Shown: positions 40,451-51,026, numbered from the stretch's first letter. The stretch: DNA of 64,000 bases from an uncultured Flavobacteriaceae bacterium (GCA_964552195.1 CAZKFM010000001.1:258796-322795); one strand, 5' to 3'. Numbers and translations: made by a program. The notes: generated by a model from the sequence alone, not told the origin.

Positions 40451-41009
40451 CTGGTTGCTGCTGATCCTGCCCTTACTGATGATAACTGTGTCTTGTAATG
40501 ACGATCGTCCCGTCCCTAAGCCCCGGGCTTTACTCCGCTTGGATTTTCCTGAACCGGCTTATGAGGCCTTTGAAAACATGAAGGGATGCGGCTTCGCCTT
40601 TTTGAAAAACTCGCTGGCCGCCGTGCGGACAGAAGAGAATTGCAGCATGGAGATTTCCTATCGCGGGATGAAGGGGACTATCTTTCTGACCTATAAACCT
40701 GTAGAGGGCAACCTGCAGAGCCTGCTCAGGGATGCCCAGAAACTCTCCTACGAGCATATGTCCAAGGCCGATCGGATAACCGAACAGCCTTATGTTAATC
40801 CCGAAACCGGCGTTTACGGTATGTATTACGAGGTTAGTGGGAATGCCGCCTCCCAGTCGCAGTTTTACGTCACCGACAGCAGCTCGCACTTTTTGGCGGG
40901 AGCTCTCTATTTCGAGTCGGTGCCCAATTACGACTCCATACTACCCGCTGCCCAATACCTGAGGGACGATATACGCGTGTTAATGGAGAGTATACAATGG
41001 AATCCTTAG
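40437..41009 (+). CDS. gldD: gliding motility lipoprotein GldD
   Basis: Lipobox LLMITVSC. 190 aa. Overlaps the gldE stop by 14 nt. Confidence 0.85.
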   Translation: MKRNSWLLLILPLLMITVSCNDDRPVPKPRALLRLDFPEPAYEAFENMKGCGFAFLKNSLAAVRTEENCSMEISYRGMKGTIFLTYKPVEGNLQSLLRDAQKLSYEHMSKADRITEQPYVNPETGVYGMYYEVSGNAASQSQFYVTDSSSHFLAGALYFESVPNYDSILPAAQYLRDDIRVLMESIQWNP

Positions 41010-41015
41010 ACGGAT

Positions 41016-41429
41016 TTATTCGGCAAGCAGGGAATCGGCCCTCCTGAAACTTTCTTCGTACAGGCTCCTCAGCCCAACCACTTTTTCCAGTTGAGGATCG
41101 ACCTGATCCAGCTGCTCTGGTGTTAATGGGTCAGTGCTGGTCAGGGTACCCGCATACCAGTCGCTGTATTCGGTCATCCAATCCATCATGCCATTATACG
41201 CGCTGTCCAGTTCCCGTATCGATTCCAGATAGGCCTTGTTCTGTTCCGTAGAATCTGCCCGGGCCTGTAGGGCCTCTATCTTTTTGGAGATGACCGTGGT
41301 CTTTGGCATGATCTCGTCGTGTACGTCCATCATTTCTGCCAGCTTTTCACGGGCCTCTTTCTGTTCCTGGTCTACCTGACCACAAGAGGCAACCAGAGCC
41401 AGGCTAATAGCAGATATCAATAGTCTCAT
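41016..41429 (-). CDS. hypothetical helical lipoprotein
   Basis: Signal plus lipobox (LALVASCGQ). Predicted all-helical. No recognisable motif. Confidence 0.4.
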   Translation of the reverse strand: MRLLISAISLALVASCGQVDQEQKEAREKLAEMMDVHDEIMPKTTVISKKIEALQARADSTEQNKAYLESIRELDSAYNGMMDWMTEYSDWYAGTLTSTDPLTPEQLDQVDPQLEKVVGLRSLYEESFRRADSLLAE

Positions 41430-41464
41430 TTCGCTAGTTTGATGCAAATTTAGGGAACAAAAAA

Positions 41465-41486
41465 GCCGGGTCGAAAGACCCGGCTT
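41465..41486 (-). terminator. rho-independent terminator downstream of the M16 peptidase gene
   Basis: agccgggtc-gaaa-gacccggct. A-run upstream and T-run downstream on the minus strand (TTTTTTGTT). Confidence 0.7.
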
Positions 41487-41507
41487 AAATTGTTTGGTGA
41501 GGACGGT

Positions 41508-43577
41508 TTATTTGAAGTCGGCCTCGCTTACCCCTTCGTTGATCTTAATCTCGGAAACGCTGAAGTCTATGGCCTGCGGACCGGCAACCTGCGTCAGTAC
41601 ATAAGGAAATTTCACCCCCTCGACTTCTTTGTAGTCCTTGTACTTGATGGTCACCTTTACTTTCTGGCCCATGGCTTCCTGCTCTTCTACGGTCTGAACC
41701 TTGTAGCCCGTTTCCACATCGTAATAATACTCCTTACCCTCGTACTTGATCAGGTAAGCGTTGTTGCCGTCAACTTTGGCAATCTTCTCTAGGGTAGCAC
41801 CACCATTGGCGACCCACTCAGTTTCAGGGAAAATAGTGGACTCGGCTTTCATGGAAGCCAGCTGATCCTCGTTGAGTTCCATCTTACGGCCCTGAACCAG
41901 CATATATCCGCCTTGACCATCGAATACCTGCTTAGTATAGGGAGTGCCCTGCAGTTTTACCTCCTGCATGAACTGGCTGTCGCTCCCCTTTTTCATTTCC
42001 ATATCCAGGGTCATCCCCTGAACACTGGCCTGTGCATAAACGGCATAAGTATCCACCGCAGCCAGTTTCTCGGCACCGCCGATGGCATTAATGTAGCTGT
42101 TCAGCACGGTTTCTGCGGTGACTCCTTCTGGGATAGCAATTTCAAACTCGGGCTTATCGATTCGGTTGGCGTACTTGTCAAAGTAAAGCACAGGAACCTT
42201 CTTCCCTTTGTACTCCATCATTTCGAGTTTATCGGCCACATCGGCGCCTTTACCCACCACTACAATGCGCAGCTTATCGGTGTCGAAATATTTCTTGGCA
42301 GCCGCGGTTACCTCCTCAACGGTTACCGCGTCCAGCCTGGAGAGGTAGGTTCGGTAGTAGTCCTCCGGCAGGTTTTCGGTAATGATGTTCAGTGCATAGT
42401 TGGCCACCGTTTGCGGTTGCTCCAGGGAGTTAATAAACTGTCCCTTAAGCTCCGTCTTGGCCTCCTGCAATTCTTCTGCTGTTACGGGCTCCGATGTAAT
42501 ACGGTCGATCTCTTGAACGATCTGCACGACGGCACTGTCGGTTACCGCATTTCTTACCTGAGCCGTAGCCGTGAAAATACCGGGGGTGTACTTATTCGAA
42601 GAGATGTTCGAGTAGGAGCCATAAGTGTAACCCTTGTCTTCGCGCAGGTTCTTGAAGAGGCGGGCATTGGCTCCTCCTCCGAGGATTTTGTTGGCCAGTC
42701 GGGCTGCCAGATAGTCGGGATCGTTTCGCTTGAGTTCCATCAGTCCCTGAACGGTAATTACGGACTGAACGGCGTCGGGCATATCAACGAAATTCGTCTG
42801 ATTGTACTGAACCTCCTTGGGCATCGCGAAAGACTCAACCAGGGGTGCCGCCTTGGTCCAGGGAGTGAAGTACTTTTTGACCAACTTGCGCGCATCCTTA
42901 AACTCGATATCTCCGACGATCACCAGGTAGGCGTTGGCGGGTACGAAATAGTCGCGATAAAACTTCTGAACATCTGCCAGGGTAACGGAATTCACGGATT
43001 CTTCGGTCAGGTATTCGCCGAAGGGGTGCTCCACGCCGTAACCGAGGGCTGAGTTCACCCGACTCGATACCGCGCTGGGATCCTTTTCCTGAGACTTGAG
43101 TCCCGTAATCAGCTTCTCCCTTTCCTTCTCCAGTTCTTCTTCCGAGAATATGGGATTGATTGCCGCATCCGCCAGCAGCTCCATGATGCGCTCGGTATAC
43201 TTCGACAAACTGGAAGCAAAAGCGCTCTGCGAACTGATGTTCAGGCTAGCCCCCAGGAAATCAACTTCTTCGTTGAAGTCGTCCTTGGGTATATTGGTGG
43301 AACCGTTGCCCAAAAGCGAGGACAGCAAGCTGGAAACACCGGCCTTTTCTCCCTCTACTATGGGTGCATTGTCTAGTGAAAGTTGAATGGTCACCCTGGG
43401 AAGCTTGTTGTTTTGCACAACCAGCACCTTAAGTCCATTCTTCAACTCAAAGGTTTGAGGTTGCGTAAGGTTAATAGTGGGTTCAGGCCCGGCTTCCGGC
43501 ACCTTTGAACGATCGATCTGGCTCCAGCCCAGCAGGGGGAGTAGCGCAATGGCTATATAAAGAAATTGTTTTTTCAT
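41508..43577 (-). CDS. M16 family peptidase, large probably non-catalytic subunit-like (secreted)
   Basis: Signal peptide. Insulinase-like tandem domains without an HxxEH motif. 689 aa. Confidence 0.75.
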   Translation of the reverse strand: MKKQFLYIAIALLPLLGWSQIDRSKVPEAGPEPTINLTQPQTFELKNGLKVLVVQNNKLPRVTIQLSLDNAPIVEGEKAGVSSLLSSLLGNGSTNIPKDDFNEEVDFLGASLNISSQSAFASSLSKYTERIMELLADAAINPIFSEEELEKEREKLITGLKSQEKDPSAVSSRVNSALGYGVEHPFGEYLTEESVNSVTLADVQKFYRDYFVPANAYLVIVGDIEFKDARKLVKKYFTPWTKAAPLVESFAMPKEVQYNQTNFVDMPDAVQSVITVQGLMELKRNDPDYLAARLANKILGGGANARLFKNLREDKGYTYGSYSNISSNKYTPGIFTATAQVRNAVTDSAVVQIVQEIDRITSEPVTAEELQEAKTELKGQFINSLEQPQTVANYALNIITENLPEDYYRTYLSRLDAVTVEEVTAAAKKYFDTDKLRIVVVGKGADVADKLEMMEYKGKKVPVLYFDKYANRIDKPEFEIAIPEGVTAETVLNSYINAIGGAEKLAAVDTYAVYAQASVQGMTLDMEMKKGSDSQFMQEVKLQGTPYTKQVFDGQGGYMLVQGRKMELNEDQLASMKAESTIFPETEWVANGGATLEKIAKVDGNNAYLIKYEGKEYYYDVETGYKVQTVEEQEAMGQKVKVTIKYKDYKEVEGVKFPYVLTQVAGPQAIDFSVSEIKINEGVSEADFK

Positions 43578-43580
43578 GAC

Positions 43581-44900
43581 TTACTTGGATTCAGCGGATT
43601 TTGGAAGGTATTCGAGTTCGAGTCTTTGGTTGTTGTTCAGGTATTCACGTGCGACCCTCTGCAGGTCCTCCCGGGTAATGGACCGATAGATATCGATCTC
43701 CGTGTTAATCAGGTTGGTATCACCGTAGAACATCCAGTAATCGGCCAGGGACAAGGCGATACCCTGTACGCTGGAGTTAGAAGTAACGAAGTCGTTCTCG
43801 AAGATGTTCTGCAGCTTTTGGAAGTCACGCTCTGAGATCAGTTCATTCTGTACCTTAACGATCTCTGCATCGATCTCCTTCTGCAGGTCTTCCAGTGAAG
43901 TTTCGCCTACCGGCAGTGCGAAAATAGCGAAGACGGAATAGTCTTCCTGCGCCTGGTTAAAGGCCGCTACCTGCAAGGCCATCTTCTTCTCATCGACCAG
44001 CTTCTTGTAAAGTACTGAACTCTTCCCATCACTTAGGTAGGTGGAAAGCATCTGTAGCGCATAAGCGTCGCGCTCCTTTTCACCGGGCGTGCGATACGCC
44101 AGTACCATAGCAGGGATCTGAATGTTGGGATCGTAAAAAGTGTCATTAATCGTTTCGGTGATGGGGTTCTCTACGATCTTCTGTCGGGTAATGGGTTCTC
44201 CTTTGGGGATTTCCGCAAAGTAGTCCTCGACCAGCTTCTTGGTCTTTTCGATATCGATGTCTCCCGCTATAACCAGGGCCGCGTTATTGGGCACGTAGTA
44301 GGTGTCCCTAAAGAACTGAAAGTCTTCCAGTTGACCACTGGCCAGATCTTCCAGCAGTCCTATGGTGGTGATCTTGTAGGGGTGTTTTTCGAACATATTG
44401 TCGGCCACCTCTGAGAAAAGCTGGCCATAGGCACTGTTGTCGTAGCGAAGACGCTTTTCCTCCTGAACCACCTCACGCTGGGTGTTTACACCAATGGTGT
44501 CGATCACAGGATGGAGCATGCGCTCCGATTCCAGCCAAAGGCCAATTTCCAGTTTGTTGGAAGGTACCTGTATGTAGTAGTTGGTTACATCGGAGGTAGT
44601 AAATGCGTTCCAGTTGCCTCCTATGGCGCTGGCGATCTTCATGAATTCACCGCGTCCGATATTCTTGGAGCCTTCGAAAAGCAGGTGCTCGAAGAAGTGG
44701 GCATAGCCACGCTTACCGGCTTTCTCGTCTTTACCACCGACGTGGTACATCACATTAACCATTACCGTGGGTACACGGTTGTCCTGATGCAGGATTACGT
44801 GGAGTCCGTTGTCTAAGTCGTACTCCTCAAACGAAACCTGCTGGGCGCTCAGTGTGGCCACCGCCAGACAGGTTAGCATTGCGAAATAAAAAGATTTCAT
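43581..44900 (-). CDS. M16 family zinc peptidase (pitrilysin-like, secreted)
   Basis: Signal peptide. Inverted zincin motif HFFEHLLFEG (HxxEH). 439 aa. Only 3 bp gap to the downstream M16 paralog. Confidence 0.8.
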   Translation of the reverse strand: MKSFYFAMLTCLAVATLSAQQVSFEEYDLDNGLHVILHQDNRVPTVMVNVMYHVGGKDEKAGKRGYAHFFEHLLFEGSKNIGRGEFMKIASAIGGNWNAFTTSDVTNYYIQVPSNKLEIGLWLESERMLHPVIDTIGVNTQREVVQEEKRLRYDNSAYGQLFSEVADNMFEKHPYKITTIGLLEDLASGQLEDFQFFRDTYYVPNNAALVIAGDIDIEKTKKLVEDYFAEIPKGEPITRQKIVENPITETINDTFYDPNIQIPAMVLAYRTPGEKERDAYALQMLSTYLSDGKSSVLYKKLVDEKKMALQVAAFNQAQEDYSVFAIFALPVGETSLEDLQKEIDAEIVKVQNELISERDFQKLQNIFENDFVTSNSSVQGIALSLADYWMFYGDTNLINTEIDIYRSITREDLQRVAREYLNNNQRLELEYLPKSAESK

Positions 44901-45007
44901 AATTGAATTTTGGAATGAAAATTATGGATAAATCCCTACTTCCTTACTATTAAGGGAGTAAAGAAAACGTTGCGAATATACGATGAGAACCCATGGAAAG
45001 CACTAAT

Positions 45008-45304
45008 TTAAAAACGCTGGTCGAGTTCCTGCTCAATCAGCCGTCGACGACTTTTTGTCTCCGCCATCTGGGTGACCGTAAAATATCCGCCCAGGGTTAT
45101 GAAGAGCATGGAGATTTCCGGTTGGTCAGGTTTGGACCAGGCCACTATCAGGATGGCAGCCACCCAGCACAGGGCCGGTATCAGGGTGTATTTCCAGAGA
45201 TTTTGCTTGGCGCGTAAGAGCTGCTCCCGCTCCAGCTGGGCGTAATGGGATTTGTAATTCCGCCTGCCCAGGGCACATTTCAAGTAGTTGGCAAGTTTCT
45301 GCAT
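45008..45304 (-). CDS. hypothetical small membrane protein
   Basis: 98 aa with two hydrophobic segments. Lies in the 650-bp gap upstream of rplU. No homology recognised, so it could be spurious. Confidence 0.3.
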   Translation of the reverse strand: MQKLANYLKCALGRRNYKSHYAQLEREQLLRAKQNLWKYTLIPALCWVAAILIVAWSKPDQPEISMLFITLGGYFTVTQMAETKSRRRLIEQELDQRF

Positions 45305-45491
45305 GTGTGGTTTTTAGAATTAGCCAATTAATGAGTAGCACAATCTGCATTTTTGTTACAGTCTCCGATGTGATTTTTTATTTTGGATAATTGCCAAAGG
45401 GTTATGGAGCAGTGTTTCTTCCAGCTGTCCGAATTTCAAGGACTTAGGTTTGTTCGGGGTCTCCATTTTTATGCCCTGAATTTTAGGGTGA

Positions 45492-45499
45492 ATTCGATT
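45492..45499 (+). promoter_or_regulatory. Bacteroidetes-type -7 promoter element (TATATTTG) upstream of rplU
   Basis: Exact match to TAnnTTTG about 54 nt upstream of the rplU ATG. Confidence 0.35.
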
Positions 45500-45552
45500 A
45501 AATGAAGTATATTTGCCCCCGCTAAGAGCGAAAACGTTCCAAATAGTTTTTT

Positions 45553-46095
45553 ATGTACGCAATTGTAGAGATGGCAGGGCAGCAGTTTAAAGTTGCTAAA
45601 GACCAAAAAGTGTACGTTCACCGTCTGGACAGTGAAGAGGGCAAAAAAGTTACCTTCAACAAGGTACTCCTCCTCGACGACCAGGGTAGCGTCACTGTAG
45701 GCGCCCCGGTCATAGAAGGTGCAGCCGTGGAGGCAAAAGTCGTCAAGCACCTGAAGGGAGATAAAGTGCTCGTCTTCAAGAAAAAACGACGCAAAGGATA
45801 TCGCAAGAAGAACGGACACCGTCAGGCACTGACTGAGATCGTGATTGAAGGAATCGTTGCCAAGGGAGCGAAGCCCCAGAAGGCGGAAGTTAAAAAGGCC
45901 GTTGCTAAGAAAGAAGAGCCCGCCTCAGCCCCTAAGAATGAGGCCCCTGTCGCAGCAGAACAGGCTTCTATTGCCTCAACGGATTACGAATCCATGACCG
46001 TGGCTCAGCTCAAAGAAGTGGCCAAGGAAAAGGGGATTAGCGGAATCTCTTCCATGAAGAAGGCCGAGTTGATAGAAGCGATTAAAAATAGTTAA
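45553..46095 (+). CDS. rplU: 50S ribosomal protein L21 with long C-terminal extension
   Basis: bL21 core ([14 protein letters not shown]...GHRQ) of about 103 aa, followed by a 77 aa Lys/Ala-rich tail ending in a Rho_N/SAP-like helix-hairpin. Confidence 0.85.
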   Translation: MYAIVEMAGQQFKVAKDQKVYVHRLDSEEGKKVTFNKVLLLDDQGSVTVGAPVIEGAAVEAKVVKHLKGDKVLVFKKKRRKGYRKKNGHRQALTEIVIEGIVAKGAKPQKAEVKKAVAKKEEPASAPKNEAPVAAEQASIASTDYESMTVAQLKEVAKEKGISGISSMKKAELIEAIKNS

Positions 46096-46109
46096 AAAGT
46101 ACTCTAGAA

Positions 46110-46367
46110 ATGGCACACAAAAAAGGAGTTGGTAGCTCCAAGAACGGTAGAGAATCGGAGTCGAAACGGCTCGGAGTCAAGATATTCGGTGGACAGATGG
46201 CCACTGCAGGCAACATTATTGTACGCCAGCGCGGAACGGCGCACCATCCAGGAGATAACGTGTATGCGAGCAAGGATCACACCCTGCACGCCCAAATCGA
46301 CGGAGTTGTACGATTCCAGAAGAAAGCAGGTGGGAAGTCTTACGTTTCCGTAGATCCCGTCGAATAA
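46110..46367 (+). CDS. rpmA: 50S ribosomal protein L27
   Basis: [24 protein letters not shown] is the canonical bL27 N-terminus. Confidence 0.95.
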   Translation: MAHKKGVGSSKNGRESESKRLGVKIFGGQMATAGNIIVRQRGTAHHPGDNVYASKDHTLHAQIDGVVRFQKKAGGKSYVSVDPVE

Positions 46368-46391
46368 GATTTAGAGAATTAGAAGTTGAAA

Positions 46392-46424
46392 AAGGAGTGG
46401 TTTTAGGACCACTCCTTTTTTATT
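46392..46424 (+). terminator. rho-independent terminator after rpmA
   Basis: aaggagtggt-tttagg-accactcctt 10-bp stem followed by TTTTATT. Confidence 0.8.
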
Positions 46425-46444
46425 GTGGTTTTTCTTAACAGGAC

Positions 46445-48840
46445 TCAAAACTGGAAACGGTACCCGAAATCCGGAAAGAAACCGATCTGATTGACCTCGT
46501 TGACTTCGTTGGTGAGACGGTTGTACCGGCGTACGAATACGTTTTCATTGGCAGTTACGTTCTGCAGGTCGAAGTAGAACTGGTGAGAACGCTTCTTGTT
46601 GGGGCTGTTCAGGCGGATTCCGAATTTGAGGTCCCATCGGAAGTAGTCGTCGATCTGATCGGAGAAGGCCAGGTCCTCGCGAAGGATTTCGAAGCCAGCC
46701 TGTTGAGAGGCTTCCAGATCTATGGGGGTGAAGAACCTCCCTCCCGCACTGGAAATACGGGTATCTACAAAGAAGACGTTGCGACCTCCTCTGCCGAAAG
46801 GGAACTCCCGCCCCAGTAGCACATTCACTACCCTCTGGTTGTTGAAGGGGGTGTTGCGCTCGATTCCATCGCTGCCTTCATAGGTACTTTCAAAGAAGGA
46901 ACCGGTAAGCAGGGCATAGAATCCATTGCTGAAGAATTTTTCCACGGTGAGTTCGATTCCCCGATTCTGACCCGTACCTCCATTGATCAGCGATACACGG
47001 TCGTTCTGAAAGCCAAAGTCGGCTCCCTCGATCAGGCTGGAGTAGCTGGAGGGGAAGGATTCCACCGCGGCCCCCTCGATTTCCTGCAGATAACCCTCGA
47101 GCTTGACCCTCCAGTTGCGACCGATCTTCCAGTCGTACCCCAGTACCCAGTGTGTGCTCTGAACCATATCGAGGTTCCGATTAGTCTGTACGGGCTGTCC
47201 ACCCACATCCTCAATTAAAAAGAGCAATGGCAGGGGCACCGATTGGTGGTGGACGCCATAGCCCAGGTTTAGGGCCTTTGTGTCACCTAATTCCCACTTT
47301 ACGGCCGCACGGGGCTCCCAGGCGAACTCCTCATTAACGCTTTGGTAGATGCCATTGACTCCTGCATTAAGGGTAAGTCCCCGGGCGATTCGATACTGAC
47401 CCTGTACGAAGCCCTGTATCACCGATAGTCCTTCGTCTATGTCCCGGAAGGTGGTCAGGTCCGGATCTCCGTCTCCGTCCCGGTCGGGTTGTTCGTTCCG
47501 GTCTGCGAAGAAACCCTGAAGTCGGGTCTGTTCGTAGAGCAATCCTGTCCTCAGGGTAATTCGTCGGCTTAGCTTGGAGTTGATGAGGGTGGAAAAGCTG
47601 ATGCGGCTCTCGGAGTCGTCACCTTCGGTGTACTTGAGCATGCGTTCGTCCGGGCTGTCCTTGTCGATATAGCGGTCGGCCAGTACCTGGTTTCCGCTGA
47701 ATGAGTATCCGGCGATGGTTCTCCAATAGGTACTGCGGCCTAAAGCGATGCGGTGCTTGAGCCCTATAACTCCAAAGCGTGAATCCACGAAGAAATTTTC
47801 ATCCTCCGCGGCGAACAGGTCGTCTTCGTCGATCTCGTCCCCGAGGAATTCGATATCGGAGGTGCCCAATATGCCGAAAAGGGACAGGCTTCCGGCCTGG
47901 AAATCACCAAAATGAACATTGAAAGATAAGTCGCTGTAATTAGGCACGGCTGCCGTACCTCCGGCGCCTGCTCCCAGTAAACCGACCAGGGAGTAGCGTC
48001 CCGCAACCAGGAAAGATCCGTTGTGTTTACCCAGGGGCCCCTCGGCCATGGCCTCCACTCCGGTAAACACCCCGGTTTGCAGGGTGAATTCATAATCACC
48101 GGTATTACCCCGGCGGAAGCCCAGGTCGAAAACCCCACCCAGAGCATTACCGTACTCGGCCGGGAAGGCCGAAGTGATGAAGTCCGAGTTCTTGAGCAGA
48201 TTGGGGTTCAGTGCGGAGACCGGTCCCCCGGTGGTTCCCAGAGTAGAGAAGTGGTTCGGGCTGGGAATAGGGATACCTTCCAGTCTCCACAGCAGTCCGG
48301 TAGGGGAATTTCCGCGGACCACGATGTCGTTACGGCTGTCGTCCGGTGCCGAGACTCCGGCGAAATTGGCCGCCAAACGCCCCACATCGCTTCGGCCACC
48401 GGAGAACCGGGTCACTTCTTCTACACCAAACTGACGGGCCGATACCGTGGCCAGCTTGTTGTTGGGGACATCCTTGTTGGTATCCGGTGTGACCACTACC
48501 TCCCGGAGTTGGGTCAGGGACTCAATCAGTGCGACGTTTACCGCTACATCCTTTCCCGCCGTGACATTGAGTTCGGGCAGAGTCGAGGTCTCGTAACCGA
48601 TAAAGCTCACACGGATGCTCTGTCTGCCCAGGGGTACTTTCTCGAGCACAAAGCGGCCGTCCAGGTCGGTGATGACTCCGGTTGCCTCGGTGGTGTTGAG
48701 GAGCTCGACCGTTGCCCCGGCCAGGGGGTATTCGGATTGTTTGTCGATAACTACGCCCCGTATGGTTCCGGTCTGCGCCTGCAGGGGCCCCAGGAGCCCG
48801 ATGAGGATTATCATAATTAAGTTGCGTTCTAGATCTTTCA
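46445..48840 (-). CDS. TonB-dependent receptor (carboxypeptidase-regulatory-like N-domain)
   Basis: Start taken at the ATG for MKDLERNLIMIILIGLLGPLQAQ (signal peptide). CarbopepD_reg-like domain, plug, barrel, and C-terminal F. Confidence 0.8.
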
Positions 48841-49078
48841 TCTCGATGGTTTTTGACGGCAAGTAAAGGAGGGTATAGCTTGCAGCCGAGGCGAATCCTT
48901 TCAAACCGCATTAGGATAACACGAAGTGGCAAATCCGGGTTTAATCCGAAAAACCCGGATGTTTTAAGGCCCATTACGGTTTAGGGTGGAATTTGGACAA
49001 TTTAGCCGGGAGTTCGACGGGTCGGGCCCAGGGGTGCTGCCGAACTTTGGGGTTTTTGCGTAATTTGTCGGATACGCC

Positions 49079-50221
49079 ATGAAGGTATTCGCTGACATCA
49101 CATCTTATCTGACCCGGCGCTGGAAGGCCCTGTTGTTTCGCTTCCTGCTGGCCAATGTGGTTTTCCTGGCCGTAAAGCTGACCATGGACCATCAAGGCGA
49201 TGTCTGGGAGGAATTCTGGAGCAGTACAGCGGCCTTCTACTACTTTTCGGCCAACTTCCTTTTCCTGGTTTGCTGGGAAATCAACGATGTCTACCTGCGA
49301 AGGCAAACCATAAGGGGCGAGATGACGACCCGTTCCAGTCTTGAAATCGCAGGGAAGACCATGGCCTGGATTACCCTCTTCACCCTGGCGATCTACTACC
49401 TGGGGTTATTCCCTCTAAGGGATATGCTGGGCATTGAATGCCGGACGGTGAGTTATCGCGCTCAGTTCTTTACCGATGTCTTCCGCGCGCTATTACTGGG
49501 GTCAACGGTTACCTTCTTTAATATGTTCTACTATTCGCTGCGGCAGCGCGAGGAGCTCAAACGGCAAATGGAAGATCTGAGAAAGGAAATGGTGGCCTCG
49601 CAATATGCCTCATTGAAGAGTCAGATTAGTCCCCACTTCCTGTTTAACAGCCTGAATACACTGACTTCCCTGATGTATGAGGATAGGGATATGGCCTCGG
49701 ATTTCGTGTCCCGCCTGGCCTCCTCGTACCGCTACATCCTGGATAATCGGGAGTCCGACCTGGTAAGTCTGGAAAAGGAGCTGGGTTTCCTCGAGAACTA
49801 CACCTTCATGATGGAGGTGCGTCACGCTGACTCCGTTCGTATAGTCACCGATATGAACCTGGATACAGGCGAAGTGTTCCTGCCCACGCTATCACTGCAA
49901 ATGCTGGTGGAAAACGCACTTAAGCACAACTACTATTCGCGGCAGCATCCTCTGACCATCGAGATACGCAATTCCAGTAATAGTACCTTGCAAGTAACCA
50001 ACAACCTGAATCCGAGGGTAGGGGAAGAGGTGGAGAGCACGGGACTGGGGCTGGACAACATCCGAAAACGCTATTCCGTCTATACCCGCCAGGCGGTACA
50101 GGTGTATACCGATAACCGTCAGTACAAGGTTCAGATTCCACTGCTGAACCGGAATAACGAATCCATAAAACACCTGTTGCCTAAACCGAAAACCCATGTC
50201 CACAAAAGCCATAGTCATTGA
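49079..50221 (+). CDS. LytS/YehU-type sensor histidine kinase (multi-TM, His_kinase PF06580-like)
   Basis: Several TM helices, then the ISPHFLFNSLNTL phospho-acceptor region and an HATPase (LVENALKHN). Confidence 0.75.
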   Translation: MKVFADITSYLTRRWKALLFRFLLANVVFLAVKLTMDHQGDVWEEFWSSTAAFYYFSANFLFLVCWEINDVYLRRQTIRGEMTTRSSLEIAGKTMAWITLFTLAIYYLGLFPLRDMLGIECRTVSYRAQFFTDVFRALLLGSTVTFFNMFYYSLRQREELKRQMEDLRKEMVASQYASLKSQISPHFLFNSLNTLTSLMYEDRDMASDFVSRLASSYRYILDNRESDLVSLEKELGFLENYTFMMEVRHADSVRIVTDMNLDTGEVFLPTLSLQMLVENALKHNYYSRQHPLTIEIRNSSNSTLQVTNNLNPRVGEEVESTGLGLDNIRKRYSVYTRQAVQVYTDNRQYKVQIPLLNRNNESIKHLLPKPKTHVHKSHSH

Positions 50222-50963
50222 GGATGAGGCTTTCGCTGCAAAAAGGCTGATCAAGCTTATCGCCGACCTCTGCCCGGAAATCAAGGTGCTCGCCCATCTG
50301 GATTCGGTAGAGAGCAGTCGCAGCTGGCTGGAAGGCAACCCGATACCGGACCTTATCTTCCTCGATATACAGCTCAACGACGGTTACGGTTTCGACGTCC
50401 TGGATGCGCTTGAACGCCATCCTCCGGTGATCTTTACCACCGCTTATAACGAGTACGCCCTCAGGGGGTTCAAATACAACGGACTCGATTACCTGCTCAA
50501 GCCCATTGTAGCCGAAGAACTGCGGAAGGCCTGTGAAAAATTCAGCAGGCAGCGCGGCGAGCAGGGAACGGTAACCTACGAGATGGCCTCGGTGGAAGAC
50601 ATGAAGAAAATCTTTCAGAAGGAATACAAGCGCCGCTTCATGGTCAAGGTGGGCCAGCAGTTTAAATCCTTTCAGACTTCGAGCATATCCTACTTTAAAT
50701 CCGATGAGGGCGTGATATCCCTGGTGCTGCCTTCCGGCAAGGAATACCCCATAGAGTACAGCCTGGACCAGCTGGAGGAAATTCTCAATCCGCTGGATTT
50801 TTTCCGCGTAAACCGGGGCTGTATCCTGAGCATAGACAGCGTTCAGGAGGTCCATTCCTACTTCAACAGCCGCCTGCTCGTCAAGATCGATCCGCCCAGG
50901 GAGGAACCGGTAATCGTAGCCCGGGAGCGGGCCTCCAGGTTCAAGAAGTGGCTGGACACCTAA
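50196..50963 (+). CDS. LytTR-family response regulator
   Basis: REC domain (IVIEDE...LIFLDIQL) plus a C-terminal LytTR DNA-binding domain. The start overlaps the histidine kinase stop. Confidence 0.85.
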   Translation: MSTKAIVIEDEAFAAKRLIKLIADLCPEIKVLAHLDSVESSRSWLEGNPIPDLIFLDIQLNDGYGFDVLDALERHPPVIFTTAYNEYALRGFKYNGLDYLLKPIVAEELRKACEKFSRQRGEQGTVTYEMASVEDMKKIFQKEYKRRFMVKVGQQFKSFQTSSISYFKSDEGVISLVLPSGKEYPIEYSLDQLEEILNPLDFFRVNRGCILSIDSVQEVHSYFNSRLLVKIDPPREEPVIVARERASRFKKWLDT

Positions 50964-50968
50964 TAAAA

Positions 50969-51000
50969 TACCCCTTAACTGCCACCGCAGTTAAGGGGTA
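50969..51000. terminator. bidirectional terminator between the convergent response-regulator and ahcY genes
   Basis: taccccttaactgc-cacc-gcagttaaggggta perfect 14-bp stem. A-run on one side and T-run on the other. Confidence 0.8.
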
Positions 51001-51026
51001 TTTCAGTTTTTACTCTTCGGGAATCC

